Shown here: one piece after another, positions 39,520 through 48,977 of the stretch | How positions within the stretch are numbered: position 1 is the first letter of the stretch | Layout of the letters: each line of letters begins with the position of its first letter | Position numbers and translations under genes: made by a program | The notes under the pieces: generated by a model | Databases searched by the model: none | The model's input: only the letters and a program-made list of their open reading frames with translations | What the model was told of the DNA's origin: nothing | Assembly (NCBI GenBank): GCA_964621245.1 | Contig: CAZULO010000003.1 | Span: 1-48,977 of the forward strand | Direction of reading: 5' to 3' | DNA: 48,977 nucleotides | DNA from: an uncultured Flavobacterium sp. | GTDB lineage: Bacteria; Bacteroidota; Bacteroidia; Flavobacteriales; Flavobacteriaceae

Positions 39520-41115
39520 TTAGCCCAAAATGCTTCTTCTTTTAGTAATAGAAACCAATAATACTAACGACATTACATAAAATGAAATCCTCGCGATATA
39601 ATCGCCGTGTTGTACATAAAAAGTTTTTTGATTGTTTAGTTGAACCTTTCCGATAAGCGCTGTTTTTTCGTTGTATTTTGTTTGCTGATGTATATCTCCT
39701 TTTTGATTAATGAAAGCTGATATTCCCGTGTTTGCACTACGAGCGATGTCACGTCGTGTTTCGATTGCGCGTAAACGTGCATAGCTTAAATGTTGTTTGT
39801 GCCCTTGTGTTTCATTCCACCAAGCGTCATTGGTCATGATGGCTAAAAAATTAGCACCGTCTTGAACATATTGATTTACATACTCTCCATAAACGGATTC
39901 GTAACAAATAACAGGCGCTACGATTGTTTCATTTTTACTTTTGAATACAGAAGGTTTTTCTTGTGTAGTACGAGAGGAAAGTGTTCCTCCTAAATCAATC
40001 ATAAAACCACTCAACAAAGGTTCTAAAAAAGTTTTATAAGGTAAATTTTCTACTCCAACTACTAGTTTTGATTTGATGTGTTTTTGTGTTACAAAATTCG
40101 AGTCAACATACAACGCAGCGTTGTAATAATTTACCCAAAGTCCATCACGTACTTTATTAGAAGCGGGATTTGTATGAGATTCATTTCTCCAAAGATTGTA
40201 TGCGTCAATACCTAATAAAAAAGAAACATTCGGGTATTTGTATATATAATTATGAAGTAATAAGTGTTCGTTAGAATATGCGAAATCAGCTAAATCCGTA
40301 TGTTCTGCCAAGACTGTTTCTGGCGTGATGACATAATCTGTTTTTGTTGTGATTAGTTGTTCTGTTTGGTCTAAAATGGAAGACACAATTGATGTGTTCA
40401 GTTGTCCGTATTTTTCAGTGTATGGATTAATGTTTGGTTGTATGATTAGGACTTCTTTTAGTTTTCCTTCAGAAGTATAATTATAGTAAATATAGATTGA
40501 AAATAAAATAGGAATAAGTAATAATCCCAAAAAACAACTGATTCTTCGTATATCAAAAAAGTTTGCATTTTGATAGTGAGTAACAATTTTAAACAAAGAA
40601 ATATTACCTATTAATATCCATAAAGTTCCTCCAAAAGTCCCTGTATATTCGTACCATTGAATCAATCGATAATATTCTGAAAATGAATTACCTATATTAA
40701 GCCATGGCCAAGAAAAATCCCATTCTAAATGGAGTTTTTCAAAACTAATCCAAAGAGTAACGAAGAATAAAAATGCCCAGTTTTGGGTAACTTTTTTAGC
40801 GACTTTTTGATAAATTAAAAATAGTAACGCCATTAATAAGGAATTCACCAAAACAGCAAATAACATCCCAAATACGGATGCGTAATACAGCCAACCTGTC
40901 GTCGTTACATTCCATATCAAAAAAGCAAAATAACTGCAAGAAAACAAAGTTAACTTCGGAAAATGAAAAGTGTGTTCACGAATGTTTTTTTCTAAAATAA
41001 ATAAAGGAATAAAAGCAAAAAACAATAAAAAAGGAAAGCCAACCGTGGGCCAACTCAAACTAAAAAGCATCCCAGATAATAAGGAAAGAAAAAGAGGGTG
41101 CTGTACTATTTTCAT
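39520..41115 (-). CDS. lnt: Apolipoprotein N-acyltransferase
   Basis: N-terminal TMs with FSWPWLNIG; nitrilase triad regions QPNI...PET, KSKLVVGVE, ICYESVYG; TNDAWW, RLRAIETRR, RSANTGISA. Confidence 0.9.
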   Translation of the reverse strand: MKIVQHPLFLSLLSGMLFSLSWPTVGFPFLLFFAFIPLFILEKNIREHTFHFPKLTLFSCSYFAFLIWNVTTTGWLYYASVFGMLFAVLVNSLLMALLFLIYQKVAKKVTQNWAFLFFVTLWISFEKLHLEWDFSWPWLNIGNSFSEYYRLIQWYEYTGTFGGTLWILIGNISLFKIVTHYQNANFFDIRRISCFLGLLLIPILFSIYIYYNYTSEGKLKEVLIIQPNINPYTEKYGQLNTSIVSSILDQTEQLITTKTDYVITPETVLAEHTDLADFAYSNEHLLLHNYIYKYPNVSFLLGIDAYNLWRNESHTNPASNKVRDGLWVNYYNAALYVDSNFVTQKHIKSKLVVGVENLPYKTFLEPLLSGFMIDLGGTLSSRTTQEKPSVFKSKNETIVAPVICYESVYGEYVNQYVQDGANFLAIMTNDAWWNETQGHKQHLSYARLRAIETRRDIARSANTGISAFINQKGDIHQQTKYNEKTALIGKVQLNNQKTFYVQHGDYIARISFYVMSLVLLVSITKRRSILG

Positions 41116-42189
41116 TTATTTTTTAGAAAAAAGAGATAAATCAACTTTCAAAGAAAATATATTTGAATATAAAGCATTATCCAAATCGCCAATGTTTGTT
41201 AACGCGTAGTCAACGCTGATCCCTTTGTATTGAAAACCTAAACCGACATTCGGTTTAAAAGCTGTTTTAGTCGTGTTGTCAAATTGCGTTATTTTTTGAA
41301 AATTACCCACACCAGCTCTCAAAAATACCACATTTAAATAATCTAATTGAAGCCCTAAAGCAGGATCAACACTTAATCGATCACTCGATATAATATCACT
41401 GGTTCGTGCAAATCGCGAATTAAGATTAGCGGCAATTAGAATAGAATATTTTGTTTTGAAATCGAATGAACGAGAAATACCTAACTGTACTTTAGGAATG
41501 GTGGATTCTACTTTTTCGGGTAGTTCTTGATTTTTCCCAGGAATAGCATTTTGTATCGTTTTAAATTCGGTGTCATTAATTTGCCAAACATTTGTAGTAG
41601 TGGTAATATCTCGTGCCATTAAACCGAATTTCCATGCATTTATATGGTATTGTATTCCCAAATCAAAACCAACACCCCATGAATTTGCGAAATCACCAAT
41701 AATACGACGAACAATTTTGGCATTTATCCCATAATTTAAATTTTTGATACGCGTTTTGTGTGCATAAGAAACAGTAAATGCATAATCCGCAGCAGAAAAT
41801 AAACTAATCTTGTTATAGTCAATGTTTCCTTGACTATCAATTAATTGTGTGGTATTTAAGATGTCATCAACTCCAAATCGAATTAAAGAAACACCAAACG
41901 CACTCACCGAGTCAATTGGCATTGCAAATCCGATATAATCATACTGCGCAATGTTAGCAAAATAGCTGGCGTGCATTAGTGCAATTTCTTTATTTTGCAC
42001 CTCATTTAAACCAGCAGGATTCCAATACCCTGCGTTTACATTTTTGGTATGTGATGTTACAGTATTTGCCATTCCTAAAGCGGCAGCATCAACACCAATA
42101 TTTAAAAACTCATTAGAGTATTTTCTAACCACTTGAGCTTGAGTAGAATACGTTATGAAAACAAGAAAAAGGAGTGTTTTTTTGACCAA
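41116..42189 (-). CDS. PorV/PorQ-family (T9SS-associated, FadL-like) outer-membrane beta-barrel; TTG start
   Basis: Signal peptide; FLNIGVDAAALGMA, YWNPAGL, GFDLG, LRAG, GLGF, VDYA. Confidence 0.75.
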   Translation of the reverse strand: MVKKTLLFLVFITYSTQAQVVRKYSNEFLNIGVDAAALGMANTVTSHTKNVNAGYWNPAGLNEVQNKEIALMHASYFANIAQYDYIGFAMPIDSVSAFGVSLIRFGVDDILNTTQLIDSQGNIDYNKISLFSAADYAFTVSYAHKTRIKNLNYGINAKIVRRIIGDFANSWGVGFDLGIQYHINAWKFGLMARDITTTTNVWQINDTEFKTIQNAIPGKNQELPEKVESTIPKVQLGISRSFDFKTKYSILIAANLNSRFARTSDIISSDRLSVDPALGLQLDYLNVVFLRAGVGNFQKITQFDNTTKTAFKPNVGLGFQYKGISVDYALTNIGDLDNALYSNIFSLKVDLSLFSKK

Positions 42190-42209
42190 AATTTTATACT
42201 GTATTTAAA

Positions 42210-42217
42210 CAAAAGTA
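42210..42217 (-). promoter_or_regulatory. -7 promoter element for the porV-like/lnt operon
   Basis: TACTTTTG on the minus strand, 20 bp before the TTG start. Confidence 0.6.
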
Positions 42218-42294
42218 TAAAAATTAAATAGTAATTTTCGCACAAATTAAATCTTAAGGTTTTTTTTAACACATAATGTTAAATTTTTAGAATT

Positions 42295-43020
42295 ATGAAT
42301 TTAAAATCATGGATTCCGAATACGTTAACGTTATTGAATTTGTTTTCAGGTTTAGTAGCAATAGTATTTGTAATTAATCAAAATTATTACGCAGTTTTTT
42401 GTGCTGTGTGTTTGGGTATTTTATTTGATTTTTTTGATGGATTTGCTGCTCGAATGTTAGGTGTAGCAAGTAAGCTAGGAGTCGAGTTAGATTCATTAGC
42501 CGATATGGTAACCAGTGGAGTGGTGCCGGGTTTGGTAATGTTTTATATGTTGCTAAATAGCTTGGGATTTGAGATAAATGATTATCAACAATTTCAACTC
42601 TTGTTATTAATTCCTTTATTGGGATTTGTCATAACGTTAGCCTCTTGTTATCGTTTGGCAAAATTTAATATTGATGAAAGACAGACGGACTCTTTTATTG
42701 GACTACCAACACCTGCTAACTGCTTGTTAATAACTAGTTTACCGATTTTATACATAGATAGTAGATACTCTTTTTTTTCTGAATTTTTAACAGAGGCAAG
42801 CGTATTGTTGATAATAACGTTTATAAGTTCTTTTCTTTTAAATTCAGAAATTCATTTATTTTCTTTAAAAATAAAAAAAAACAATACCAAACAGCTTAAA
42901 ATTCAATTATTTTTTGTATCTATGTGTATTATTTCGTTGCTGTTTCAACAAATTGTTGCAGTTCCGTTTATTATGTTGTTTTATATAGGGTTATCTTTAT
43001 TCATTAATAGTAGAAAATAA
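42295..43020 (+). CDS. pssA: CDP-alcohol phosphatidyltransferase (phosphatidylserine synthase type)
   Basis: IPNTLTLLNL, DFFDGFAAR...LGVELDSLAD, RLAKFN, FIGLPTP. Confidence 0.82.
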   Translation: MNLKSWIPNTLTLLNLFSGLVAIVFVINQNYYAVFCAVCLGILFDFFDGFAARMLGVASKLGVELDSLADMVTSGVVPGLVMFYMLLNSLGFEINDYQQFQLLLLIPLLGFVITLASCYRLAKFNIDERQTDSFIGLPTPANCLLITSLPILYIDSRYSFFSEFLTEASVLLIITFISSFLLNSEIHLFSLKIKKNNTKQLKIQLFFVSMCIISLLFQQIVAVPFIMLFYIGLSLFINSRK

Positions 43021-43028
43021 TTGCAATT

Positions 43029-43847
43029 ATGACTGGTTTAAAATCATTTAAAAACTATATACCTGGCGTTACAATGATTACAGGTGTTGTGATTTTATTG
43101 TCGGGTATTTTGGCGGTGACTTCTCATTATAAAAAGGAGAAAGTTAGTCGAATTGTTGCGTTAGAGAAAAAAGTAGAATATAAGAAAAGAATTTCGGACG
43201 AGCGTTTGTTTGAAGTTTTGAACAGCCATAATGATAAAGTTTTTGGTTTTGATGTTTCGGAATATCAAGGAGATATAAACTGGAATAAAGTAGGGACAAT
43301 AAAAAACAAGTTTGCAGTTAAGTTTGTATTCATTAGGTCTTCAGCAGGAAATAATCGTACGGATAAAAAATTCAGTACCAATTGGGCTAAAGCAAAAGAA
43401 AATAATTTTATCAGAGGTGCGTATCATTATTACCGACCTGATGAAGCTCCAGAGCACCAAGCCCGACAATTTATAAAAAATGTTACCTTAGAAGATGGTG
43501 ATTTACCACCTGTTTTGGATATTGAAAGAGAGCCAAGAAAGATATCAAGAGCACAATTAAAAAAGAATTTAAAAAGATGGTTGGATATAGTTGAAAAACA
43601 CTATGGAGTTAAACCAATCATATACTCAGGAGAGTCATACTACGTTAATTTTTTGAAAAAAGATTTAAAAGAATACAAATTTTGGATAGCCAATTATAAT
43701 TCGAGCGTTTCTTATTTGGAAGATGATTGGTTAATGTGGCAGTTTACAGATACAGCTGTAATCGACGGGATTTACGGACATGTTGATTTAAACATATTTC
43801 ACGGTAATCATATAAAATTATTATCTCATACAATTCAGAAAAATTAA
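43029..43847 (+). CDS. GH25 lysozyme / muramidase with N-terminal membrane anchor
   Basis: GFDVSEYQG.INW, GAYHYY, LPPVLDIE, PIIYS, WIANY, WQFT, VDLN. Confidence 0.88.
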   Translation: MTGLKSFKNYIPGVTMITGVVILLSGILAVTSHYKKEKVSRIVALEKKVEYKKRISDERLFEVLNSHNDKVFGFDVSEYQGDINWNKVGTIKNKFAVKFVFIRSSAGNNRTDKKFSTNWAKAKENNFIRGAYHYYRPDEAPEHQARQFIKNVTLEDGDLPPVLDIEREPRKISRAQLKKNLKRWLDIVEKHYGVKPIIYSGESYYVNFLKKDLKEYKFWIANYNSSVSYLEDDWLMWQFTDTAVIDGIYGHVDLNIFHGNHIKLLSHTIQKN

Positions 43848-43906
43848 GCTTTTATTTATCTGAAGTTACTTCTATAATTGAGATATATTTAAATGATTTA
43901 TAATAC

Positions 43907-43928
43907 AGCGTTTAGCGGACAGCTTTTT
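43907..43928 (+). terminator. Possible weak intrinsic terminator after the GH25 gene
   Basis: AGC-GTTT/AGC/GGAC-A-GCT hairpin with G-U pairs and a bulge, followed by a T-run. Confidence 0.22.
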
Positions 43929-44037
43929 ATGATTATGCAATTTTTTAGGATTGATTTATAAAGAATTATATTCTTGTAAAATCATCTGTATATAGGTACA
44001 AGTGTCTAATCTTAAAATAATCATCAAAAGGAATTAC

Positions 44038-44658
44038 ATGTCAAAATTGATTAAAATATATCCTGATAATCCCAATCAAAAAGAAATCGAAAAAGTAACA
44101 AAAGTATTACGAGATGGTGGATTGATTATCTATCCAACCGATACTGTATATGGTTTGGGGTGTGATATAACTAATACAAAAGCATTAGAACGAATAGCCA
44201 AGATAAAAGGCATAAAGTTAGAAAAAGCAAATTTTTCATTTATCTGTCATGATTTGAGTAACATCTCCGATTATGTACGTCAGATTGACACAGCCACTTT
44301 CAAAATTTTAAAAAGAGCATTACCAGGACCATATACTTTTATTTTACCGGGTAATAATGATTTACCTAAAGAGTTTAAAAAAAGAAAAACAGTAGGAATT
44401 CGTGTGCCGGATAATACAATCGCATTAGAAATAGTAAAACAATTGGGAAATCCTATTGTTTCTACCTCAATACACGACGAAGATGAGGTTATTGAATATA
44501 CGACAGACCCCGAATTAATTTTCGAAAAATGGCAAGATAAAGTTGATTTGGTAATTGATGCAGGTTACGGAGATAATCATGCCTCAACAGTTATAGATTT
44601 AACTGGTTCGGAACCTTTAGTTGTTCGTGAAGGAAAAGGAAGTTTAGATATTTTCTAA
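44038..44658 (+). CDS. Sua5/YrdC/YciO family protein (threonylcarbamoyl-AMP synthase-like)
   Basis: YPTDTVYGLGCD, LPGPYTFIL, KRKTVGIRVPD, STS, STVIDL, REGKG. The ATG at 44038 is preferred over the GTG at 44002. Confidence 0.87.
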   Translation: MSKLIKIYPDNPNQKEIEKVTKVLRDGGLIIYPTDTVYGLGCDITNTKALERIAKIKGIKLEKANFSFICHDLSNISDYVRQIDTATFKILKRALPGPYTFILPGNNDLPKEFKKRKTVGIRVPDNTIALEIVKQLGNPIVSTSIHDEDEVIEYTTDPELIFEKWQDKVDLVIDAGYGDNHASTVIDLTGSEPLVVREGKGSLDIF

Positions 44659-45936
44659 GCCCTTTTTGTAACGCGACAAACAACGAATTCGAGCAACTTT
44701 ATGGTCAATTATAGGAGTAGCGTAGTTCAGTGTTTCCAATTCGGGCACCCATTTTTTAATATAAATTAGGTTAGCATCAAATTTTTTTGTTTGTTCGGTA
44801 GGGTTAAAAATTCGAAAATAGGGTGCTGCATCTACGCCAGAACCAGATGCCCATTGCCAATTACCGATGTTACTAGATTGTTCGTAATCTAACAGTTTTT
44901 GCGCAAAATAAGCTTCTCCCCAACGCCAATCAATCAATAAATGTTTACACAAAAAACTGGCTACAACCATTCTTACTCGGTTGTGCATTAATCCAGTTTG
45001 ATTTAGTTCACGCATACCTGCATCAACGATTGGATATCCTGTTTGTCCGTTACACCAATTTTCAAAATGCAATTCGTTATTATCCCATTCGATTGAGTCA
45101 TATTTTTTCTTAAAACTAAACGTTACTGTATGCGGAAAATGCCATAAAATTTGCATAAAAAATTCGCGCCAAATTAATTCTTTTAAAAAAGTATTGTTTT
45201 CTTGTTCGGCGGCACGATGTACGATTTTACGAATGCTAACACATCCGAATCGAAGATAAGTACTAATAAATGAAGTTCCGTTTTTGTCGGGAAAATTTCG
45301 GTTTGCCTCGTATTGTGTTAGTAAGGTGTTTGATAATGAATAAGGAGGTGTTTTAATTTTGGATTCTGTAAAACCGATTTCATTTAAAGATAAAAAAGGA
45401 TACGAATGTGTGGCTAAATTAGAAATTAATTTTTCGGAGGGAAAATTAGTTTTAGATTCACTACGATAACTTTCTAGCCATTTATTTGCGTAAGGCGTGT
45501 ATACAACATAAGGCGTGTTGTCGTTTTTCAATATTTGATCTTTTTCAAAAATAACTTGATCTTTATACGATTGAAACGATATTTTTTTGGATGCCAATAA
45601 CTGGATAATTCTTTTATCTCGAGCTATAGCACTGGGTTCGTAATCGTCATTTGTATGTACGTGAGTTATTGGATTTTCCGTAGTTAGTTTTTGAAATACA
45701 GCGGTTGGATCGCCATAAAATATAGCCAAACTTTTACCAACTATTTGTAACTGTGTTTGAATAGATGCAAGTTGATGATGAATAAATGTTACCCGTGCAT
45801 CGTTTTTTTCTAATTTAGAAAGTATTGTTGTGTCAAAAATAAAAATAGCTAACACATTTTTAGAAGAAGTCAAAGCAAGATACAACCCGTGATTATCATC
45901 TAGCCTTAAATCTCTTCTAAACCAAAATATATGCAT
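44644..45936 (-). CDS. phrB: Deoxyribodipyrimidine photolyase (cryptochrome/photolyase family)
   Basis: WFRRDLRLDDN, ELIWREFF, TGYPIVDAGMREL, MHNRVRM, DWRWGE, GNWQW, YFRIFNP. The ATG at 45936 is preferred over the GTG at 45960. Confidence 0.9.
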   Translation of the reverse strand: MHIFWFRRDLRLDDNHGLYLALTSSKNVLAIFIFDTTILSKLEKNDARVTFIHHQLASIQTQLQIVGKSLAIFYGDPTAVFQKLTTENPITHVHTNDDYEPSAIARDKRIIQLLASKKISFQSYKDQVIFEKDQILKNDNTPYVVYTPYANKWLESYRSESKTNFPSEKLISNLATHSYPFLSLNEIGFTESKIKTPPYSLSNTLLTQYEANRNFPDKNGTSFISTYLRFGCVSIRKIVHRAAEQENNTFLKELIWREFFMQILWHFPHTVTFSFKKKYDSIEWDNNELHFENWCNGQTGYPIVDAGMRELNQTGLMHNRVRMVVASFLCKHLLIDWRWGEAYFAQKLLDYEQSSNIGNWQWASGSGVDAAPYFRIFNPTEQTKKFDANLIYIKKWVPELETLNYATPIIDHKVARIRCLSRYKKGLENI

Positions 45937-45947
45937 TTTTTTTTTAC

Positions 45948-46553
45948 TTATTCGATACACTCTGCGTGTTTGATGAAAAAATTCTCGGGTTCAAAATTTC
46001 CGCGGTAGACTTGCGAGTGTAATTCCTTTTGAACAAAATAATCAACTACTTCACGGGAATACTTGATACGCATTAATGAAATACCACTTTGGAGTAATTT
46101 TTCGTAAGCATCTTTCGTGAAAATAAAATTACCAGTTAATTTTCGGATGTGTTTTCGAGTGTTTTTATCGATTTCTAGAGGGCCACAGGTTTCATCTCCT
46201 GAATTTACCAAGGTAATATAATCCCCATTGTTTAATTGAAAGTAAATCCGTGATTTGTAATCAAAACATAAAGGTTTAGTGAAGTAATTATTTCTTTGGT
46301 AAATGTAAACTACCAGCATTGGTACATCTTCAGTTGATGCGATAGAGAAAAAAATGAATTCTCCATTGTCCATAAATAATTTTTCATGAATTAAATATTC
46401 ACGAGTCATCTTTAACTGCACAACTTCGTTTTTTGTATTGATTTTGTACTTACAATTTTCGGTGTCTAAGCTAGGTTCTTTGATGGATTCTTTATCTTGA
46501 GCGTGCGAAACAACACTTGTAAATAAAAAAATAAATGCTAAAAAATATTTCAT
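45948..46553 (-). CDS. Hypothetical secreted protein
   Basis: Signal peptide MKYFLAFIFLFTSVVSHAQ; 201 aa; co-directional with its neighbours; no motif recognised. Confidence 0.7.
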   Translation of the reverse strand: MKYFLAFIFLFTSVVSHAQDKESIKEPSLDTENCKYKINTKNEVVQLKMTREYLIHEKLFMDNGEFIFFSIASTEDVPMLVVYIYQRNNYFTKPLCFDYKSRIYFQLNNGDYITLVNSGDETCGPLEIDKNTRKHIRKLTGNFIFTKDAYEKLLQSGISLMRIKYSREVVDYFVQKELHSQVYRGNFEPENFFIKHAECIE

Positions 46554-46604
46554 AGGTCGGAAAAACTAGTATTTCGGACTAATATAACTAAAATTTATGT
46601 GTAC

Positions 46605-47786
46605 CTAAGCTTTTTTTCCAATCACAATGATTTTTTCATCGTCCATATTGGTTGTAAAAAAGCAATATAAATCACCTCCATCTTTAATACCCCATTTTGT
46701 TTTTAAAAAAGAAGTGGATTCGGGGAAATTACGTGTGCTAATATTTAATTTTTTTTGAAAAATGTGTCCTTTTATGTCTTTCTTTTTATAAGGAAGAGTT
46801 GAAATAATTTCAAATTTACGTCCAGGAAATTCAATTAGTTCATCAGATGTAAATAGGTGCGAGTTGGGATTTAGCTTTGGGGTTTTGTATTTTTCATGTA
46901 AAGCAGCAAAACCACCTGATTTCATAATAGCGGCATTAGGTTCGTACAAATAAACCTGAGGGTGACTATAGGTGATGGGAGTTTCGATTTTTTCATCCCA
47001 GATATAGCTAAAAGATAAGCTTTTCTCGGAGCAAATATTAACTGATTTTATTTCAATTGCTCCCGTATAATTTTGGTCTAATTCCCAAAGTAATTCTTTA
47101 ACCTCGTTTTGAACTGCTACAATATGGATTTTTTTGATGTGTTTTAAGCGCTCAATACCTGATTTAAGATCTAAAAAAGGGGAAGTTTTTAATAAAACAT
47201 TTTGACTTTTTGAAAAATACATATCCAATTCATCAACAACGTTAGGGATACACTCTTCTAATAAAAAAACTTTTCGTTTGATGGCATCTCTTCGGGATGG
47301 ATCAACATAAATCCAATCCCATTGTGTGGTGTTTGATTGAAGAAACTCTACACTATCTTGATTAATACATTCAATGTTAGTAACGCCAAGTAGGTTGAAA
47401 TTGTGCTTTGCGATATCGGATAATTCAGTGTTGATTTCGCAATGATAAACAGAATTGAATTTTTTAGAAAAATAATAATCATCAACACCAAACCCTCCTG
47501 TTAAATCAATTAAAGAATTTCCACTAACTAAATTAGCTTTGTATTTTGCTGTGATTTCGGACGAGGATTGTTCAATCGAAACTTTTTTGGGATACAAAAT
47601 ATTTTCTGTAGCAAACCAAAGTGGAAGTTTATATTCCGCCTTTTTTTTGCCAATTAACTGATACGTAATCGGAATCCAACTATTAAATTTAGAAGCATTT
47701 TTTAAAGTTAATTTTTTAATATCCTCTTTATAATTAGAGGATACAAACTTCTGAATTTCTTCGGAAAGTAAATTGGTAATATTCAT
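46605..47786 (-). CDS. Class I SAM-dependent methyltransferase with C-terminal THUMP-like domain
   Basis: EQSSSE.TA.YK, DLTGGFGVD, IYVDPSRR, LLKTSP, YLYEPN.AIMKSG, FPGR. Confidence 0.78.
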   Translation of the reverse strand: MNITNLLSEEIQKFVSSNYKEDIKKLTLKNASKFNSWIPITYQLIGKKKAEYKLPLWFATENILYPKKVSIEQSSSEITAKYKANLVSGNSLIDLTGGFGVDDYYFSKKFNSVYHCEINTELSDIAKHNFNLLGVTNIECINQDSVEFLQSNTTQWDWIYVDPSRRDAIKRKVFLLEECIPNVVDELDMYFSKSQNVLLKTSPFLDLKSGIERLKHIKKIHIVAVQNEVKELLWELDQNYTGAIEIKSVNICSEKSLSFSYIWDEKIETPITYSHPQVYLYEPNAAIMKSGGFAALHEKYKTPKLNPNSHLFTSDELIEFPGRKFEIISTLPYKKKDIKGHIFQKKLNISTRNFPESTSFLKTKWGIKDGGDLYCFFTTNMDDEKIIVIGKKA

Positions 47787-48874
47787 TACAGATTTTTAGT
47801 AAAAAATTGAACAATTTTATTAGTTGGAAAAAATTCTTTAACAATCACTTTAATAGAGGTATAACATGGTACTGCAATCATCATTCCAACGATACCAAAT
47901 ACGATACCAAAAATCAAAATAATGATAAAAATTTCAAGAGGATGGGATTTTGCGCTTTTTGAAAAAATTATAGGTTGGCTTATAAAATTGTCAAACAACT
48001 GTGCAAATATATAAATAATAGTAATATATAATCCAGTAGGTAAAATTACATCATTAAAGTCCTCATTGATAATGCCTATGAGCGAAAATGTAAGCATTAA
48101 TACCACACCAATCAAAGGACCAACGTAAGGTATCAAATTAAATAAAGCACAAAGAAAAGCAATAACCAATGCGTTTGGGATATCAAAAATCAACAAAGTA
48201 ATGGCATAAATAATAAATAAAAGCGTGATTTGAACAAAAAGACCAATAAAATACCGTGATAAAAAAGTTTTGATACTTGTTGTAACGTTTAAGATTGTAG
48301 TATGGTGTTTTTCGGAGCTTACTCCTAATAAAACACGTTTTAAAACATTTTTTTCGTTTATCAAATAGAAGGTGATAAACAAAATAGCAAAAACACCTAT
48401 AGATAATTCCGTAAAAAGGGTGAGCAACGAATTAAAAAAAGTAGGGATAACTTTAAAATCAATATGCGATAATATTTCTTTAGGAGAATAAACGTCTTTT
48501 ATATTATAACCTTTACTTTCAATAAAAGTAAACACAATATCAGTTAAGCGTATGATGTTTTGCTCTAAATAATCATAATTAAGAAAAGATAAGCTTTGAC
48601 CTTGGTTTATAAATAAAGGCACAAATAAAGAAATCAAAGAAAAAATAAAGCCAATAAAAACTCCCATTGTAATTATTGTGGCAATATTTCGGTTAAATCT
48701 AAGTCTCGAATGCAAAAAAAGAGTTATCGGCTTACCTATTAGTGTAAGTATACTAGCGCAAGCAATATAAATAAGGATGATTTTTAAGGTAAATAATAAA
48801 TAAATCAACAAAAAAACACCAAAAATAGAAAAGATAACAGTCAGTAAGCTTTTAGTAATTGTTTTCGGATCCAT
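47786..48874 (-). CDS. AI-2E family (PerM/TqsA) transporter
   Basis: Polytopic; FNLIPYVGP, QLFDNFISQPIIF, HPLEI, GMMIAVP. Confidence 0.87.
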   Translation of the reverse strand: MDPKTITKSLLTVIFSIFGVFLLIYLLFTLKIILIYIACASILTLIGKPITLFLHSRLRFNRNIATIITMGVFIGFIFSLISLFVPLFINQGQSLSFLNYDYLEQNIIRLTDIVFTFIESKGYNIKDVYSPKEILSHIDFKVIPTFFNSLLTLFTELSIGVFAILFITFYLINEKNVLKRVLLGVSSEKHHTTILNVTTSIKTFLSRYFIGLFVQITLLFIIYAITLLIFDIPNALVIAFLCALFNLIPYVGPLIGVVLMLTFSLIGIINEDFNDVILPTGLYITIIYIFAQLFDNFISQPIIFSKSAKSHPLEIFIIILIFGIVFGIVGMMIAVPCYTSIKVIVKEFFPTNKIVQFFTKNL

Positions 48875-48903
48875 CTAACAAGTCATAGTAATTATATAAA
48901 AAA

Positions 48904-48911
48904 CAAAGCTA
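48904..48911 (-). promoter_or_regulatory. -7 promoter element for the AI-2E/methyltransferase run
   Basis: TAGCTTTG on the minus strand, 29 bp before the ATG at 48874. Confidence 0.6.
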
Positions 48912-48977
48912 ACTTTTCTTTACGACAAAACATAACTGTTAAAAAAAGTATAATGTTAGCATAGTTAAAGTTGGAAA

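Noticed and set aside
40970..41209. Lys/Arg-rich 79-aa ORF on the plus strand
   Set aside because: It is antisense to the Phe/Leu-rich N-terminus of lnt; the basic composition just mirrors T-rich codons.
43029..43847. GH25 lysozyme as a prophage endolysin
   Set aside because: There is no holin, integrase or structural phage gene nearby; it is membrane-anchored and closely follows pssA.
43848..44037. Largest intergenic gap (190 bp) as an sRNA or riboswitch
   Set aside because: It is very AT-rich with only a weak hairpin and no recognisable RNA motif. An Rfam scan or RNA-seq would be needed.

Overview
AT-rich Bacteroidota chromosome segment, most likely Flavobacteriaceae. This rests on TAnnTTTG -7 promoter boxes, A-rich start regions without Shine-Dalgarno sites, a PorV-family barrel and a Bacteroidota-type PurM. 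Left flank (1-5112): three MscS-family channels and a Kv-like K+ channel in one run, an outer-membrane beta-barrel gene and purM. Centre (5234-39516): a 32-gene, co-directional, tightly coupled surface-glycan locus. It encodes a Wzm/Wzt ABC exporter, five SAM methyltransferases, WecB, Gmd/Fcl, about 13 glycosyltransferases, a nonulosonic (sialic) acid module, an AsnB-type amidotransferase, a beta-propeller protein with a (TTA)12 poly-Leu anchor, a WaaL/Wzy-like protein and a priming phosphoglycosyltransferase. Right flank (39520-48874): lnt, a PorV-family gene, pssA, a GH25 muramidase, a YciO/Sua5-family gene, photolyase, a hypothetical protein, a methyltransferase and an AI-2E transporter. 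The best candidate for an undescribed system is 20979-27950. There, Neisseria SiaC/SiaA-like (Neu5Ac-type) NeuB/NeuC are joined to a PtmF/PtmB/PtmA (ElaA/B/C-like) oxidoreductase, CMP-synthetase and SDR trio with no legionaminic-acid precursor genes, followed by an FkbM methyltransferase and an unassigned GT-B protein. This could make and transfer an epimerised and/or O-methylated sialic acid. No tRNA, rRNA, CRISPR, transposase or phage genes were seen. All family calls come from motif recognition and recalled reference sequences, not database searches.
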